64,000 nt of DNA from the NCBI GenBank assembly GCA_947629555.1, contig CANRED010000006.1, positions 102 through 64,101 on the forward strand, in the 5' to 3' direction. The stretch is from an uncultured Clostridia bacterium. GTDB lineage: Bacteria; Bacillota; Clostridia; TANB77; CAG-508. Under the pieces are notes generated by a model. It did no database searches and had not been told where the DNA came from. It worked only from the letters and a program-made list of their open reading frames with translations. Positions 8,248-19,036 of the stretch are shown here, one piece after another (position 1 is the stretch's first letter; the number at the start of each line of letters is the position of its first letter). A program made the position numbers and the translations under genes.

Positions 8248-9549
8248 ATGAATATATTAGATATAATAGCCAAAAAAAGAGATAAGCAAGAATTAACAAA
8301 AGAAGAAATTGAATTTTTTATTAATGGATATACAAATGGAACTATTACAGATTATCAGGCAGCTGCACTTATTATGGCAATTTATATAAATGGAATGAAT
8401 TCAAGAGAGACAACAGATATGACTATGTCAATGACAAATTCGGGAGAAACGTTAGATTTATCAAGCATATCAAATATCGTTGTTGATAAGCATAGCACAG
8501 GGGGAGTAGGCGACAAAATTACAATAATACTTGTACCAATAATAGCATCTTTAGGAATACCGGTTGCAAAAATGTCTGGAAGAGGACTAGGATTTACAGG
8601 GGGAACAATAGATAAATTAGAATCAATTCCTGGATATAATGCATCACTTGAGTTAAAAGAATTTGTAGATAATGTAAAAAAAATAGGAATAAGTGTTATA
8701 GGTCAAACTATGAATTTAGCACCAGCAGATAAGAAGATATATGCTCTACGAGATACTATTTCATGTGTAGATAGTATGCCGTTAATTGCCTCAAGTATAA
8801 TGAGCAAAAAAATTGCTGCAGGTGCAAATAAGCTAGTATTAGAGGTAACATGTGGAAATGGCGCTTTCATGAAAAATAAAGAGGATGCTATAAAACTTGC
8901 TAATGAAATGAAAGAAATAGGAAAATTAGCAAATAAAGAAACTATATGTGTTTTAACAAATATGAACGAACCAATTGGAAAAACTGTTGGAAATACATTA
9001 GAAATTATTGAAGCAATTGATGCATTAAAAGGAAATATGAGCGATGACGTAGAAACAATAATTACTACTGTTGGTGCATATATTATTAAATTATCTGGTA
9101 ATGGAAATAATATAGAAGAAAACAAATTAAAAATAATGGAAAATATAAAAAATGGAAAGGCATATAATAAGTTTATAGAGTGGATATCAAGTCAAGGTGG
9201 AGATATATCTTATGTAGAGAATATAGAAAAATTTGAAAAGGCAAAATATATTATGCCAGTTATATCTAAATGTGATGGATATGTAAGTAAATTAAATGCA
9301 TTAGATGTAGGAAAAATTTCTGTAAATTTAGGTGCTGGAAGAATGAAAAAAGAGGATGGAATAGATAATTCAGTAGGAATAGTTTTAAACAAAAAAATAT
9401 CTGAAAAAGTAGCAGTAGGAGATATTTTAGCATACGTATATGCAAATGATGAAGTAAAAGGAAATAAGGCAGTAGAAGATTTATATAATGCGTATGAATT
9501 TTCAAAAAATGAACCAGAAAAACAGGAACATATATTAGGAATAGTTTAA
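8248..9549 (+). CDS. pdp: Pyrimidine-nucleoside (thymidine) phosphorylase
   Basis: MNILDIIAKKRD..., DKHSTGGVGDK and SGRGLGFTGGTIDKLE motifs. ATG 8248 is preferred over the upstream ATG at 8215, which begins only 4 nt after the repeat element (8090-8211). Confidence 0.9.
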   Translation: MNILDIIAKKRDKQELTKEEIEFFINGYTNGTITDYQAAALIMAIYINGMNSRETTDMTMSMTNSGETLDLSSISNIVVDKHSTGGVGDKITIILVPIIASLGIPVAKMSGRGLGFTGGTIDKLESIPGYNASLELKEFVDNVKKIGISVIGQTMNLAPADKKIYALRDTISCVDSMPLIASSIMSKKIAAGANKLVLEVTCGNGAFMKNKEDAIKLANEMKEIGKLANKETICVLTNMNEPIGKTVGNTLEIIEAIDALKGNMSDDVETIITTVGAYIIKLSGNGNNIEENKLKIMENIKNGKAYNKFIEWISSQGGDISYVENIEKFEKAKYIMPVISKCDGYVSKLNALDVGKISVNLGAGRMKKEDGIDNSVGIVLNKKISEKVAVGDILAYVYANDEVKGNKAVEDLYNAYEFSKNEPEKQEHILGIV

Positions 9550-9628
9550 TATGTAGAGACGAGATTTGTCTCTAGCTAGTTTATGTATAATAGAAAAATT
9601 CAATTATTTTATTTGCTAATTGCAAATT

Positions 9629-9660
9629 GTAGGGAACGACGCCCTCGTCGTTCCTTTTTT
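9629..9660 (+). terminator. REP-like GTAG hairpin acting as the pdp terminator
   Basis: GTAG then GGAACGACG-ccct-CGTCGTTCC followed by T6. Confidence 0.75.
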
Positions 9661-9704
9661 AAAACAATTTGACAGTTGCAGAGGATAGAAGTCTTTGATA
9701 ATCA

Positions 9705-11553
9705 CTACAATTCAATTTTAGGTTTATACATCTCTAGCCACATATTTACTTGAATTAGATATGCCATAAGTTGTGGACCAGTCATTAATTGACCAAACCA
9801 TGGTCTAGTAAATGCTTTTCCATCAGTTTGTATAATTTCTGAAATATATTTTTTATCTAATAAAGAATATATTGGTGCATTGTCATCTTTTATTATTTCA
9901 GTTAAAATTCCCTTTACTTTAGCTAAATAATTAGGATTGTGTGTTTTAGGATATGGGCTTTTCTTTCTATCTACAATTTCCTTAGGCAATAAATCTTTTA
10001 CAACATAACGCAATAATCCTTTTTCTCTTCCGTCTAATGCTTTCATTTCCCAAGGAATATTCCATAAATATTCTACGAGTCTGTAATCACAGAAAGGAAC
10101 ACGTAGCTCTAGACCATTATACATAGCCATTCTATCGGAACGATCTAATAAAGTTTGCATAAACCAATTCATAGTTAAATATGAAATTTTTCTTTTTTCA
10201 GCAGTTTCTTTAGAATCACTATTTAACGAACTCATTTGAGATAAACTACGTAAATATTGATAATCAACATATTCCTTTAAATCTATTTTATTTCTTATGT
10301 TTTCATTTAATAAATTTTGCCTTTCTGTTAGTGCAATAGACCATGGAAAAGTGTTACTATTTAAAGCATCTTCCCTAAAGAACCATGGATAACCGGCAAA
10401 TATTTCATCAGAACACTCACCTGAAAGCACTACTGTTGCATCTTTTTTTATGTGCTTACAAAACAATAACATAGATGAATCAACATCTGCCATACCAGGG
10501 GCATCTCTTGCAATTACTGCATCTTTTAGACAATCTGCTAATTCTGGAGTATCTATAACTATACTATGATGTTTTGTATTAAAAGTTTTTCTCATTATAT
10601 CTATATAATAATTATCAGAGTTAGGTTGAAAATCACTTTTTACAAAATTTTTGTCATTATCAACGTAATCTATTGAATATGTGTCTAATGGTGGAAGGCC
10701 ATTCTTTTTGCAATAGTTACTAGCGTAAGCTGTTATGATACTAGAATCTAAACCTCCGTGATAGCATTAAACATAAAGGTACATCAGAAACTAATTGCCT
10801 TTGTATAGCATCATCTAGTAAATATTTTACTTTATTACAAGTTTCATTAAAATTATCTTTATGTGGACTACTTATAAGTTCCCAATATTTTTCAAAATGA
10901 ATACCTGATTTATTTACTATGGCAAAATGAGCAGGTTTTATTTCATATATATTTTTAAATACAGAAGTCCCTGGAGTATGTGCTGGACCTATGCCAAATA
11001 ATTCACAAATACTTGTAGCATCTAAACAGGCTTCTACATGTGGATGCTTTAAAATTGCTTTAATTTCGGATGCAAATATAAAGTTGTCATCATTATAAGT
11101 ATAATATAATGGCTTAATTCCAAAATGGTCACGGGCTAAAAATAGTTCTTCTTTTTTTGAATCCCATATAGCAAAAGCAAAAATCCCATTTAATTTATTA
11201 ACTACATCATAACCCCAGTAGATATAACTCTTAAGTAATATTTCTGTATCACAATGACCTTCAAAAATAAAACCTTTTTCAGAAAGTTCCTTCCTTAATT
11301 CACTAGCATTATAAATTTGACCATTATAAACTATAGTATAAGTATTTCCATTATAAGTAGCGCTCATTGGTTGTTTACCATTTTCTGGGTCAATTACTAT
11401 TAATCTTTTATGACCTAAATTAATGTGTTTGTCTATAAAATAACCTTCTTCATCTGGACCACGTTTTTTTAAGCAATTATTCATATCTTGAATTATATGT
11501 TTATAATTACTCATATCCTTTGTATAATTAACATAGCCTACAAGACCACACAT
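9705..11553 (-). pseudogene. asnB: Asparagine synthase (glutamine-hydrolysing), interrupted by one +1 frameshift at an in-frame CGG
   Basis: The N-terminal fragment 10741-11553 starts MCGLVGY (Ntn glutaminase). Skipping one nt at CGG (10756-10758) restores LS|GGLDSSIITAYA and runs into the 9705-10595 ORF. The total span is 3n+1 nt. Confidence 0.85.
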
Positions 11554-11629
11554 AATTCCTCCGTTTCTGCTACGATATATAGCAATTACAAATTTAATAT
11601 CTATTTATTATATGCAAAAAAATTAGGTA

Positions 11630-11658
11630 TTGACAAAATAATAAAAAACTAGTATACT
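11630..11658 (+). promoter_or_regulatory. Sigma-A type promoter upstream of rpmF
   Basis: TTGACA, 17-nt spacer, TATACT. Confidence 0.6.
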
Positions 11659-11730
11659 TTTATAGTCACGATTAATGTGTAAGAATAAATTATATAGATA
11701 ACTATGTAAAACCAAGGGGAGGGAATAGAG

Positions 11731-11913
11731 ATGGCACAACCAAAAAGAAGATGGTCAAAAGCTAGAACAGGAGCCAAAAGATCAACATGGAAATTAGATA
11801 AACCTAATTTAGCTACTTGTAAACACTGTAATGAACCAGTAATGCCACATAGAGTTTGTCCAAATTGTGGATATTATGATGGAAAAGAAGTAATAAGCAA
11901 AAAAGAAGATTAA
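11731..11913 (+). CDS. rpmF: 50S ribosomal protein L32
   Basis: MAQPKRRWSKARTGAKRSTW with a CxxC...CxxC zinc ribbon. 60 aa. Confidence 0.9.
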   Translation: MAQPKRRWSKARTGAKRSTWKLDKPNLATCKHCNEPVMPHRVCPNCGYYDGKEVISKKED

Positions 11914-11915
11914 TA

Positions 11916-11940
11916 GGGCGCTGGAACAGCGCCCTTTGTT
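11916..11940 (+). terminator. Rho-independent terminator with a GAA triloop
   Basis: GGGCGCTG-GAA-CAGCGCCC followed by TTTGTT. Confidence 0.75.
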
Positions 11941-11972
11941 CTAATATAAATAATTTAGAAAGGAGACATTTT

Positions 11973-12473
11973 ATGGGACAAACTGATAGAGTAGATAAAG
12001 TAAATTATTATTTAGACATAGCAGAAGCAGTTGCAAGTAGAAGTACTTGTTTAAGAAAAAAATATGGAACTGTTATTGTAAACAATGATGAAATAATTTC
12101 TACAGGATATAGTGGTGCTCCAAGAGGAAGAGTAAACTGTATAGATTTAGGATATTGTACCAAGAAAAAAATGTTTCCCAATCTAAGGCATGCTGGATAC
12201 GATGCATGTAGGTCAGTACATAGTGAACAGAATGCAATAATAAGTGCATCTAGAAAAGATATGATAGGTGGTACATTATATTTAGTTGGATATAGAATAG
12301 ATACACAAGACTATGAAGAAGGAGCTGCACCATGTTTGATGTGTAGAAAAATGATTATAAATTCAGGCATAAAGAATGTTGTTGTAAGAGTAAATAAAAC
12401 AAAATATAATGTTATAGATGTAAATGAATGGATAAACAATGATGAAATACTAAATGGAGAGATTTCATATTAA
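11973..12473 (+). CDS. comEB: dCMP deaminase (ComEB family)
   Basis: Cytidine/deoxycytidylate deaminase zinc motifs VHSEQNAI and PCLMCRKMI. 166 aa. Confidence 0.8.
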   Translation: MGQTDRVDKVNYYLDIAEAVASRSTCLRKKYGTVIVNNDEIISTGYSGAPRGRVNCIDLGYCTKKKMFPNLRHAGYDACRSVHSEQNAIISASRKDMIGGTLYLVGYRIDTQDYEEGAAPCLMCRKMIINSGIKNVVVRVNKTKYNVIDVNEWINNDEILNGEISY

Positions 12474-12490
12474 AAAGGGGACGTAGAGCA

Positions 12491-12679
12491 ATGAATCTTT
12501 TAATAGTTGTAGGGATATTAATAGCATTGATTGGAGTAATCGCAATATATGATGCCAGACCACTAACAAAAAAATTATTCGGATTTGGAGATCAAAACGA
12601 AGCTAGCCTAGGATTAAAAATAGTAGGATTTATTTTAGTAGTTATAGGTGGACTAGTTATATATTTAAATATACAATAA
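12491..12679 (+). CDS. Small two-TM membrane protein
   Basis: 62-aa ORF with two hydrophobic helices and a GGGGAC RBS, tightly packed between genes. Confidence 0.45.
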   Translation: MNLLIVVGILIALIGVIAIYDARPLTKKLFGFGDQNEASLGLKIVGFILVVIGGLVIYLNIQ

Positions 12680-12701
12680 TATTCGAATGGAGAGAAAAAA
12701 C

Positions 12702-14588
12702 ATGTTAGACAAAATTAATTGCCCAGAAGATTTGAAAAAAATAACAATAAAAGAAAAAAAGGAATTAGCAAAAGATTTAAGAAAAATGATTATAGATACA
12801 GTGTCTAATACAGGTGGACATTTGGCATCTAATTTAGGAGTAGTAGAACTTACAATTGCTTTACATTCTATATTTAATGCACCAAATGACAAAATAATTT
12901 GGGATGTTGGACATCAAACTTACGTACATAAAATTTTAACAGACAGAAAAGAAAAAATGAACACTTTACGTAAAATGGACGGAATTGCTGGATTTCCTAA
13001 AACATCAGAATCAGTATATGATGCTTTTGATACGGGACATAGCAGTACGTCTATTTCTGTTGCTTTAGGTATGGCAAGAGCACGAGATTTACGTGGAGAG
13101 TCAAATAAAGTTATTGCAGTCATTGGCGATGGAGCATTAACTGGTGGGATGGCATTAGAGGCTTTAAATGATGCTGGAAGTAGTAAAACTGATGTCATTG
13201 TTATATTAAACGATAACGAAATGAGTATATCTAAAAATGTAGGAGGAATGTCACAATTATTAGGAAGATTAAGAACTAGAAGATTGTATAAAAAAACAAA
13301 TAAACAAACTAAGGCAATATTAGAGAAAGTACCAGTAGTAGGAAACAAATTAGTAAAAATTATTCAAAATGTAAAAAAAGGAATAAAACAGTTATTTATA
13401 CAAAATATGTATTTTGAAGACATTGGATTTTCATATTTTGGACCAGTAGATGGTAATGACATAGAAAAGTTAGAAAGCGTATTAGAGTTAGCTAAAAATA
13501 CAGAAGGGCCGGTACTAGTACATGTTATAACTAAAAAAGGGAAAGGCTATGAGTTAGCAGAAAAAAATCCTGATAAGTTTCATAGTATATCAAGTTTTGA
13601 TATAGAAACTGGAAAAACCGTAAAATCAAAATGTAAAGGTTATTCAGAAGTTTTTGGAGAAAAAATAGTAGACTTAGCAAAAAAAGATAAAAAAATAGTA
13701 GCAGTAACTGCAGCAATGTGCGATGGAACAGGATTGTCAAAATTCGCAAAAGAATTTCCTAATAGGTTTTTCGATGTAGGAATTGCAGAACAACATGCAA
13801 TAGGTATGGCTGCCGGAATGGCAAAAAATGGATTAAAGCCAGTAGTTCCAATTTATTCCTCTTTTTTACAAAGAGCTTATGATCAAATTGTTCATGATGT
13901 ATGTATACAAAACTTACCAGTTACAATCTGCGTAGATAGAGCAGGAATTGTTGGAAATGATGGCGAAACACATCAAGGAATTTTGGATTTATGTTATTTG
14001 AATTCTATACCCAATATAAATATTTTAGCACCGAAAGATTTTATAGAATTAGAAGATATGTTAGAGTTTGCCGTAAATAGTAACAAACCTATTGCTATAA
14101 GATATCCACGTGGAGAAGAAAGTGACTATAAATTTAAACAGCATGATTCATTGAAACTAGGAAAGGCTGAAATATTAAGAACAGGGCATGATTTAACAAT
14201 TATTGCTTTAGGTAAAACTGTAGCAAAAGCAATGATGTTGGCAGAAAAATTTGAAGAAAAAGGAATTTCTATAGAAGTAATTAATTTAAGATTTTTGAAG
14301 CCATTAGATGAAGATACTATATTAAAATCTATAACAAAAACAAAAAACGTAATAACAATAGAAGATGGTTACGTGTTAAACGGAATGGGAAATACAATAA
14401 CAAATTTCATAAATGACCAACAAGTCGACAGCATTAAAATAAAAAATTTAGGGTATCCAGATAAATTTATAAAACATGGAAATGTCGAGCAAATAGAGAA
14501 AAAATATAAATTGGACATTGATAGTATAGAGAAAATTATAGATAATAATTTTACTAAAAACAAAAAAATATTGCATGGGGAATATTAA
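12702..14588 (+). CDS. dxs: 1-deoxy-D-xylulose-5-phosphate synthase
   Basis: GGHLASNLGVVELT, the GDGALTGGMALEALN ThDP motif, and transketolase-like middle and C-terminal domains. ATG 12702 with a GGAGAG RBS is preferred over 12687. Confidence 0.95.
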   Translation: MLDKINCPEDLKKITIKEKKELAKDLRKMIIDTVSNTGGHLASNLGVVELTIALHSIFNAPNDKIIWDVGHQTYVHKILTDRKEKMNTLRKMDGIAGFPKTSESVYDAFDTGHSSTSISVALGMARARDLRGESNKVIAVIGDGALTGGMALEALNDAGSSKTDVIVILNDNEMSISKNVGGMSQLLGRLRTRRLYKKTNKQTKAILEKVPVVGNKLVKIIQNVKKGIKQLFIQNMYFEDIGFSYFGPVDGNDIEKLESVLELAKNTEGPVLVHVITKKGKGYELAEKNPDKFHSISSFDIETGKTVKSKCKGYSEVFGEKIVDLAKKDKKIVAVTAAMCDGTGLSKFAKEFPNRFFDVGIAEQHAIGMAAGMAKNGLKPVVPIYSSFLQRAYDQIVHDVCIQNLPVTICVDRAGIVGNDGETHQGILDLCYLNSIPNINILAPKDFIELEDMLEFAVNSNKPIAIRYPRGEESDYKFKQHDSLKLGKAEILRTGHDLTIIALGKTVAKAMMLAEKFEEKGISIEVINLRFLKPLDEDTILKSITKTKNVITIEDGYVLNGMGNTITNFINDQQVDSIKIKNLGYPDKFIKHGNVEQIEKKYKLDIDSIEKIIDNNFTKNKKILHGEY

Positions 14589-14628
14589 TTATTATATAAT
14601 ATGTATGAAAGTTTAGAAGAGGTGTTAA

Positions 14629-15195
14629 ATGAATAAAACCAAAAGAAAAATATTCGAAGCATCAATGAAATTATTTGCAGAAAAGGGCTATGATGCAACA
14701 AGTATAGAAGAAATAACTGCTACTGTGGGAGTTGCAAAAGGAACCCTATATTACCATTTCTCTAGTAAGGAAGAAATATTTAATTTCTTAGTTGAAGAAG
14801 GAGTTAAACTATTAAAAAATAGTATTGAAATAAAAACACAAAAATTAGATAAAACAATGGATAAACTAAGAGCAATAATATTAATAGAAATAAAGGTAAT
14901 GCTAAAGTATGAGGATTTTATGACGATATTACTTAGCCAAATTTGGGGAAATGAACCAAGAAATAATATATGCCAAAAATATGTATTTGAATATGAACAA
15001 ATAGTAGAAAAAATAGTAAAAGAAGGAATAAAAAAAGGTGAAATAATAGATGGCAATCCAGAAATAATTGCTACAGAAATTTTTGGCGTTATATGGTCAA
15101 GTTTAGCTTATAAAATAAAAATAGGAAGTAAAATGGACATAAAGCAATTATTTGTAGAATACGAAAAAACTATTTTAAGAGGATTACAAAAATAG
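14629..15195 (+). CDS. TetR/AcrR-family transcriptional regulator
   Basis: N-terminal HTH FAEKGYDATSIEEITATVGVAKGTLYYHF. Confidence 0.85.
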   Translation: MNKTKRKIFEASMKLFAEKGYDATSIEEITATVGVAKGTLYYHFSSKEEIFNFLVEEGVKLLKNSIEIKTQKLDKTMDKLRAIILIEIKVMLKYEDFMTILLSQIWGNEPRNNICQKYVFEYEQIVEKIVKEGIKKGEIIDGNPEIIATEIFGVIWSSLAYKIKIGSKMDIKQLFVEYEKTILRGLQK

Positions 15196-15212
15196 AAAGG
15201 ATTGATGATGTA

Positions 15213-16940
15213 GTGGGCGATAAAAGAATCCATGATTACATAGAAATAACTGATATAAAAGATATGCTAAAGAAGTCTGGAGATTTATTCGGAGAAAGAC
15301 CGGCATTTAAATTTAAAACAGAAAAAGAGAATGAATTTAGAATTATAACTCATAAAGAATTTAGATATCAAGTAGATTGCTTGGGAACAAAACTAGTAGA
15401 AATCGGATTAAAGGATAAAAGAATAGCCATTATATCTGAAAACAGATATGAATGGGCTTTAGCATATTTAGCAGTTGTAGCGGGAACTGGAATTGCTGTT
15501 CCACTAGATAAGTCTTTACCAGAAAATGAAATAGAAAGTTTAATAAAACGTTCTGGAGTAGAAGGAATTTTCTATTCAAACAAATATAATGACATAATGG
15601 AAAAAATAAAAACCAATGGGCAAACAAAATTAAAATATTTTATATCAATGGATTTACAAGAACATGACAATGATATTTATTCAGAAAATAAATTAATAGA
15701 CGAGGGAAAGGAATTATTAGAAAACGGCAATACTGATTTTCTTAATGCAAAAATAGATAATGAGTCTATGGGAGTAATGTTATTTACATCTGGAACTACA
15801 GCAATATCAAAAGCAGTAGCATTATCACATAAAAATATATGTTCTAATTTAATGGATATATGTTCTGTAATAGAAGTACATGAAGAAGATACTATGTTAT
15901 CATTTTTGCCATTGCATCACACTTTCGAATGTACAGTAGGCTTTTTATATCCTATATATAAAGGAGCGTGCATAGCATATTGCGAAGGAATAAGACATAT
16001 AGCAGATAATATAAAAGACTATAAAATTACAGCAATGATTTCTGTTCCAATCTTATTTGAAAATATGTACAGAAAAGTAATGAAGGGGATAGAGAAAAAA
16101 GGAAAACTTGAAAAAGTAAAAAAAGGAATAAAAATAAGCAATATATTATTAAAATTTGGAATAGATATAAGGAAAAAATTATTTAAAGAAATACATGACA
16201 TATTAGGCGGAAAAGTAAGACTATTTGTTAATGGCGCTGCAGCATTAGATAAAGAAGTAGAAAAAGGATTTAACGATTTAGGTTTCAAAATAGTTCAAGG
16301 ATATGGCTTAACCGAAACATCTCCAGTTCTTGCAGCTGGAAATGATAAATATACAAGAATAGGTTCTGTAGGAAAAGTTTTTCCAAGTGTTGAAATAAAA
16401 ATAGACAATCCAAATGAACAAGGTATAGGAGAAATTGTAGCAAAAGGACCTAATGTAATGCTTGGATATTATGAAAATGAAGAGGCAACAAAAGAAGTAT
16501 TAAAAGACGGATGGTTTTATACAGGAGATTTAGGTTACTTAGATAAGCAAAATTATTTATATGTTACAGGAAGAAAGAAAAATGTAATAGTATTAAAAAA
16601 TGGTAAAAACATATACCCAGAAGAATTAGAAATTTTAATTGGCAGAATAGAAGGAGTAAAAGAATCAATAGTATACGGAAAGCCGGAAGAAGGCGATGAA
16701 ACAGACTTAAAAATATGTGCAAAAATAGTATACGATGCAGATACAATGAAAGAAGTATATGGAATTGAAACCGAAGAAGAAATTTCAAACAAACTATGGG
16801 AAAAAGTAAAAGAAATAAACAAAAAAATGCCAACTTATAAATATATTAGGGAAATAATATTTACACAAGAAGAACTTATAAAGACTACAACTCAAAAAGT
16901 TAAGAGACATGAAGAATTAAAGAAAATATTACAAAAATAA
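15213..16940 (+). CDS. AMP-dependent synthetase / long-chain acyl-CoA ligase
   Basis: FTSGTTAISKAV AMP-binding motif and GYGLTETS. 575 aa with a GTG start. Probably co-transcribed with the TetR gene. Confidence 0.85.
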   Translation: MGDKRIHDYIEITDIKDMLKKSGDLFGERPAFKFKTEKENEFRIITHKEFRYQVDCLGTKLVEIGLKDKRIAIISENRYEWALAYLAVVAGTGIAVPLDKSLPENEIESLIKRSGVEGIFYSNKYNDIMEKIKTNGQTKLKYFISMDLQEHDNDIYSENKLIDEGKELLENGNTDFLNAKIDNESMGVMLFTSGTTAISKAVALSHKNICSNLMDICSVIEVHEEDTMLSFLPLHHTFECTVGFLYPIYKGACIAYCEGIRHIADNIKDYKITAMISVPILFENMYRKVMKGIEKKGKLEKVKKGIKISNILLKFGIDIRKKLFKEIHDILGGKVRLFVNGAAALDKEVEKGFNDLGFKIVQGYGLTETSPVLAAGNDKYTRIGSVGKVFPSVEIKIDNPNEQGIGEIVAKGPNVMLGYYENEEATKEVLKDGWFYTGDLGYLDKQNYLYVTGRKKNVIVLKNGKNIYPEELEILIGRIEGVKESIVYGKPEEGDETDLKICAKIVYDADTMKEVYGIETEEEISNKLWEKVKEINKKMPTYKYIREIIFTQEELIKTTTQKVKRHEELKKILQK

Positions 16941-16950
16941 TGCTTTTTAC

Positions 16951-16984
16951 ACGGGTCGCCTAAGGACGCGGACCCCTACAGTTT
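16951..16984 (-). repeat. REP-like GTAG hairpin (inverted orientation)
   Basis: The reverse complement reads CTGTAGGGGTCCGCGTCCTTAGGCGACCCGT. Confidence 0.7.
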
Positions 16985-17180
16985 ACATGGATTTTTCCCG
17001 CGTAATAAAAAAATTAAAAATAATGTAAAAAAAGCTTGACTTTTGTAATATTTTTGTAATATTATTGTAACGAAAAAGAAAAATATTTTTTTAGAAATCC
17101 TATTGTAGTATTTTGAAAATAATTGTATAATTAAAAACAGAGGAATACTAAAAAACATAGGACAAAGGAGGGGAGTTTAC

Positions 17181-18011
17181 GTGTCACTGTTCTCAAAATC
17201 AGGCATAGTAAACGTGAAAATGGTAATCACAGAAGAAAAGATTTTATCAAATATTGACAAGGTTCAAAAAATGATAAATCCAAATAGTAAAAAACAAATT
17301 ATCCAATTAGAGGATGATGCTTTCTTTAAGGATTTAATAGGATCAATTAAAACATACTTAGTAGAATATCCTAAAAAGAAAAATTTCCCATCATCAGTGT
17401 ATAAAGCTGCGTATGAACTTGTTGAATATGCAACTAGTCAATTTGAAGATAATACAAAACAAATAGAAGAATTAATTCGTCAAAGAGAAAAAAATATATG
17501 TTTAGCAGGAAAATTAAAAAATGTATTAAAATCTGTACAAGATAAAGAAAAAGATTGGAAAGAAACTGTTAAAGGAATATCTGAAGAAGTATCAGAAGAT
17601 ATAGTAGAATCATTAAATACTATAGGAAGAAGTAAAACAGATAAAACAGAAACATATACTAATTCAGTAAAATTAGTTAATGCAAGAATTGCTAATTTAG
17701 AAAGTAACTTACATATTGAAATAGATATGGAAAGAATAGAAGATAGATCAAAAGCTTTAAGTTATATTGGAATAGAGGTTGCTGAAGCATTAAAAGAAAT
17801 TCCAGCACCTGTTGAAAATACAATAGAAGAAACACCAGTAGTATCTGTAGTGGAAGATAATTATTTAGCAGAAACAAGAGTAAATGTAAAACCATCATTA
17901 TGGCAAAGAATTAAAAATACTAAAATTGTTAGAATTATTAGGAATATAACTAAAATTAGAATTAGAATTGATGTTCCAGCACTTCCAGAGGGCAGAGAAA
18001 ATAATAATTAA
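17181..18011 (+). CDS. Hypothetical coiled-coil-rich protein
   Basis: 276-aa ORF. GTG start 7 nt after AAAGGAGGGGAG. No family recognised. Confidence 0.55.
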   Translation: MSLFSKSGIVNVKMVITEEKILSNIDKVQKMINPNSKKQIIQLEDDAFFKDLIGSIKTYLVEYPKKKNFPSSVYKAAYELVEYATSQFEDNTKQIEELIRQREKNICLAGKLKNVLKSVQDKEKDWKETVKGISEEVSEDIVESLNTIGRSKTDKTETYTNSVKLVNARIANLESNLHIEIDMERIEDRSKALSYIGIEVAEALKEIPAPVENTIEETPVVSVVEDNYLAETRVNVKPSLWQRIKNTKIVRIIRNITKIRIRIDVPALPEGRENNN

Positions 18012-18081
18012 TAAACAATTAGGAGGGCTTATAAACGAGCCCTTCTTTTTTTGAAAATGAATATGTAAAGGGGAAATTAAA

Positions 18082-18873
18082 ATGAGCAAATATGATGAAA
18101 TCTATTTAGATTTAGTAGAAAATATATTAAAAAATGGATATTATGACCAAAACAGAACAGGAATAGCAACTTATAAACTTCCACACCAAATATTACGATT
18201 TGATTTGGAAGAAGAATTTCCAATATTAACAACTAAATATGTTGCTTTTGGTGCTGCAGTAAAAGAGTTATTATGGATATTCCAAAAACAATCAAACAAA
18301 ATTAGTGATTTACATGAGCAAAATGTTCATATTTGGGATGAATGGGAAATGGAAGATGGTACAATAGGAACATCTTACGGTTGGATAGTAAAAGAATTTA
18401 AACAAGTAGACAAACTAATAGATAAATTAAAAAATAATCCTCAAGATAGAAGAATGGTAATAAATTTATGGCAAATACCATATCTTGATACAGGAGCATT
18501 ATATCCATGTGTATTCAATAGTTGTTGGGATGTAACAGCAGGAAAATTAAATTGTCTTTTAACTATTAGATCAAATGATATTCCACTAGGACATCCATTT
18601 AATGTAACACAATATGCAGTGTTTGTACATCTATTGGCACAAGTTACTAATTTAAAACCTGGATTATTAACTGTATGTATAAGTAATGCACATATATATG
18701 AAAATCAAGTAGAAGGAATGAAATTACAATTATCTAGAAGAGATCAAGCATTACCTGCACCAAAGCTTTGGATAAATCCTGAAATTAAAGATTTCTATGA
18801 TTTCACTCCAGATGACATAAAATTAATTGATTATAAACATTTAGGAAAGATACAGATGGATGTAGCAGTTTAA
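18082..18873 (+). CDS. thyA: Thymidylate synthase
   Basis: [22 protein letters not shown] (the region of the catalytic Cys) and [14 protein letters not shown]. Confidence 0.95.
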   Translation: MSKYDEIYLDLVENILKNGYYDQNRTGIATYKLPHQILRFDLEEEFPILTTKYVAFGAAVKELLWIFQKQSNKISDLHEQNVHIWDEWEMEDGTIGTSYGWIVKEFKQVDKLIDKLKNNPQDRRMVINLWQIPYLDTGALYPCVFNSCWDVTAGKLNCLLTIRSNDIPLGHPFNVTQYAVFVHLLAQVTNLKPGLLTVCISNAHIYENQVEGMKLQLSRRDQALPAPKLWINPEIKDFYDFTPDDIKLIDYKHLGKIQMDVAV

Positions 18874-18876
18874 AAA

Positions 18877-18998
18877 GTTTGGAAAATAATCAGCATATTG
18901 CGTCGTTATTTTAACTATGAAAATCCTCAGCGTACATTAGTACGCTTCCGGTATTTCATAGTTAAAATGCCTAGCACTATACTGATTCTTTTCCAAAC
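18877..18998 (+). repeat. 122-bp imperfect-palindrome element, copy 2
   Basis: Collinear with 8090-8211. The inner arms are ATTTTAACTATGAAA / TTTCATAGTTAAAAT. It lies between the thyA stop and the folA start. Confidence 0.85.
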
Positions 18999-19036
18999 TT
19001 AAACTATGAACTTTTTTAGAAAGGAAGATAATAACT

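Noticed and set aside
11554-11730. A T-box or other leader upstream of asnB (minus strand).
   Set aside because: The GGAGG RBS lies within 10 nt of the start, and the remaining spacer is taken up by the divergent rpmF promoter. It is too short and unstructured for a T-box.
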